Shown piece after piece: positions 63,191 to 64,000 of a stretch of 64,000 nt of DNA (positions are counted from its first letter, which is position 1; every line of letters begins with the position of its first letter). The notes below the pieces were generated by a model. That model searched no databases and was not told where the DNA came from. It saw only the letters and a program-made list of their open reading frames with translations. The DNA comes from Takakia lepidozioides. Taxonomy: Eukaryota > Plantae > Bryophyta. The DNA is taken from assembly GCA_030704615.1 (NCBI GenBank), contig CM060734.1, positions 8,990,001 to 9,054,000 on the forward strand, read 5' to 3'. The position numbers were made by a program, and so were the translations under genes.

Positions 63191-64000
63191 GAAATATCCT
63201 TGGAGGACTTGGCCGACATGCCATCTTGTAATTTGGCGGAGACTGTTCACAACGCCTGGATGCAGCAATCTACCAAAGCAGGTCGTGACTTGTATGTGGC
63301 CACTGCTGATGACATGGTGCGGGCACTTACACAACAAACCATGTACCGCAATTTTCTGATGGGACGGGGTGGAGGCAAGGGCCCCGGTACGACTTTGTTG
63401 ATGCTAAGGGCTGCGAGTAGGTCCGGAGACCCATCGAAGATGGCCAGAGCTCTGAACAGGTACACTGAAGGCTCCCCTTTGCAATCCAGGCTCCCTCATT
63501 TGGAAGGTGAGGAAAGATTTGGATCATGCAAAAGGAAATTGAACACTCTTCCAGGGTCAGATGGAGATTCCCATCACCCAGACAGGGTCAATTTCTCTGT
63601 GCCAAAGGTGTCTCCAGTGCAGAGTAAGTCGTGTGCCAGCCCCTTCCCAGGTGGGTCCTCCTCCAGTGGAGCAGGTGCAGAACATGCAAGCACATCAGCA
63701 GGAATCCCATTGGAGGAGGTGGTGATAGTGAGTGGCATATAAAACGCACCCCACCAGGATCTAGAGTTGCTTGCATGGCAATTCGGACCCCCTCTTTCAA
63801 GAAATGCAAATAAAAAATATGCAAAGGCTCTAGGGGGACTCTAGCTCCAACATTCACAAGGTTGTTCCGACCTTATCATAGTGGGGAGTCAAAGGACCAC
63901 AAGTTCTGGTTCTGCCCAGACGATATGGCACAATGCGTCAAGGGAACAGTTCGTCCTTCGGTGATAATGAAACCCCCTCCCCCCGCAATTTGGCCTGTGA
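63190..64000 (+). pseudogene. MULE transposase C-terminal part, homologous to 31260-32430
   Basis: SLEDLADMPSCNLAETVHNAWMQQS...DLYVATADDM...RSGDPSKMA...LPHLEGEERFG...APTFTRLFRPY...HKFWFCPDDMAQCV. Confidence 0.85.

Larger units (their letters stand above)
57238..64000. mobile_element. Left part of a Mutator-like element: terminus, unknown gene pair, palindrome array, methyltransferase-like gene (-), transposase (+)
   Basis: Terminus GGGGGCTGCTATTTCATGAGCC with ATGAGCC repeats interrupts the LINE codon run; contains the MTase paralogue and a MULE transposase C-terminal part. Confidence 0.75.

Overview
Eukaryotic, repeat-dense plant nuclear DNA. A non-seed land plant such as a hornwort, lycophyte or fern is inferred from PLS/DYW-PPR relics, short GT-AG introns and RTEX-like LINEs. 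Only one clearly intact host gene is present: a single-exon BIR-family LRR receptor-like kinase (27408-29297) with a long 5'UTR intron and uORFs. The rest is nested transposons: several copies of one RTEX-like LINE family, Mutator-like elements (MULEs), a CACTA relic, two hAT-type non-autonomous elements with exact 8-bp TSDs, an LTR plus Ty3/Gypsy integrase relic, and a cluster of scrambled OSB(PDF)-PPR-DYW pseudogene fragments. Top candidates for new biology: (1) a MULE family carrying a spliced beta-class N4C/N6A DNA-methyltransferase-like gene, seen as two diverged copies with conserved introns. The second copy sits with arrays of a GAAATGCGGYRCCGCATTTC palindrome and a head-to-head pair of unknown genes. 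(2) A LINE whose ORF2 carries a chromodomain, a PCIF1/Dam-like methyltransferase-fold domain and RNase H. (3) A 6.3-kb Pack-type TIR element full of PPR-DYW fragments, inserted into a PPR gene of the same family. All assignments come from motif reading by eye; no searches were run.
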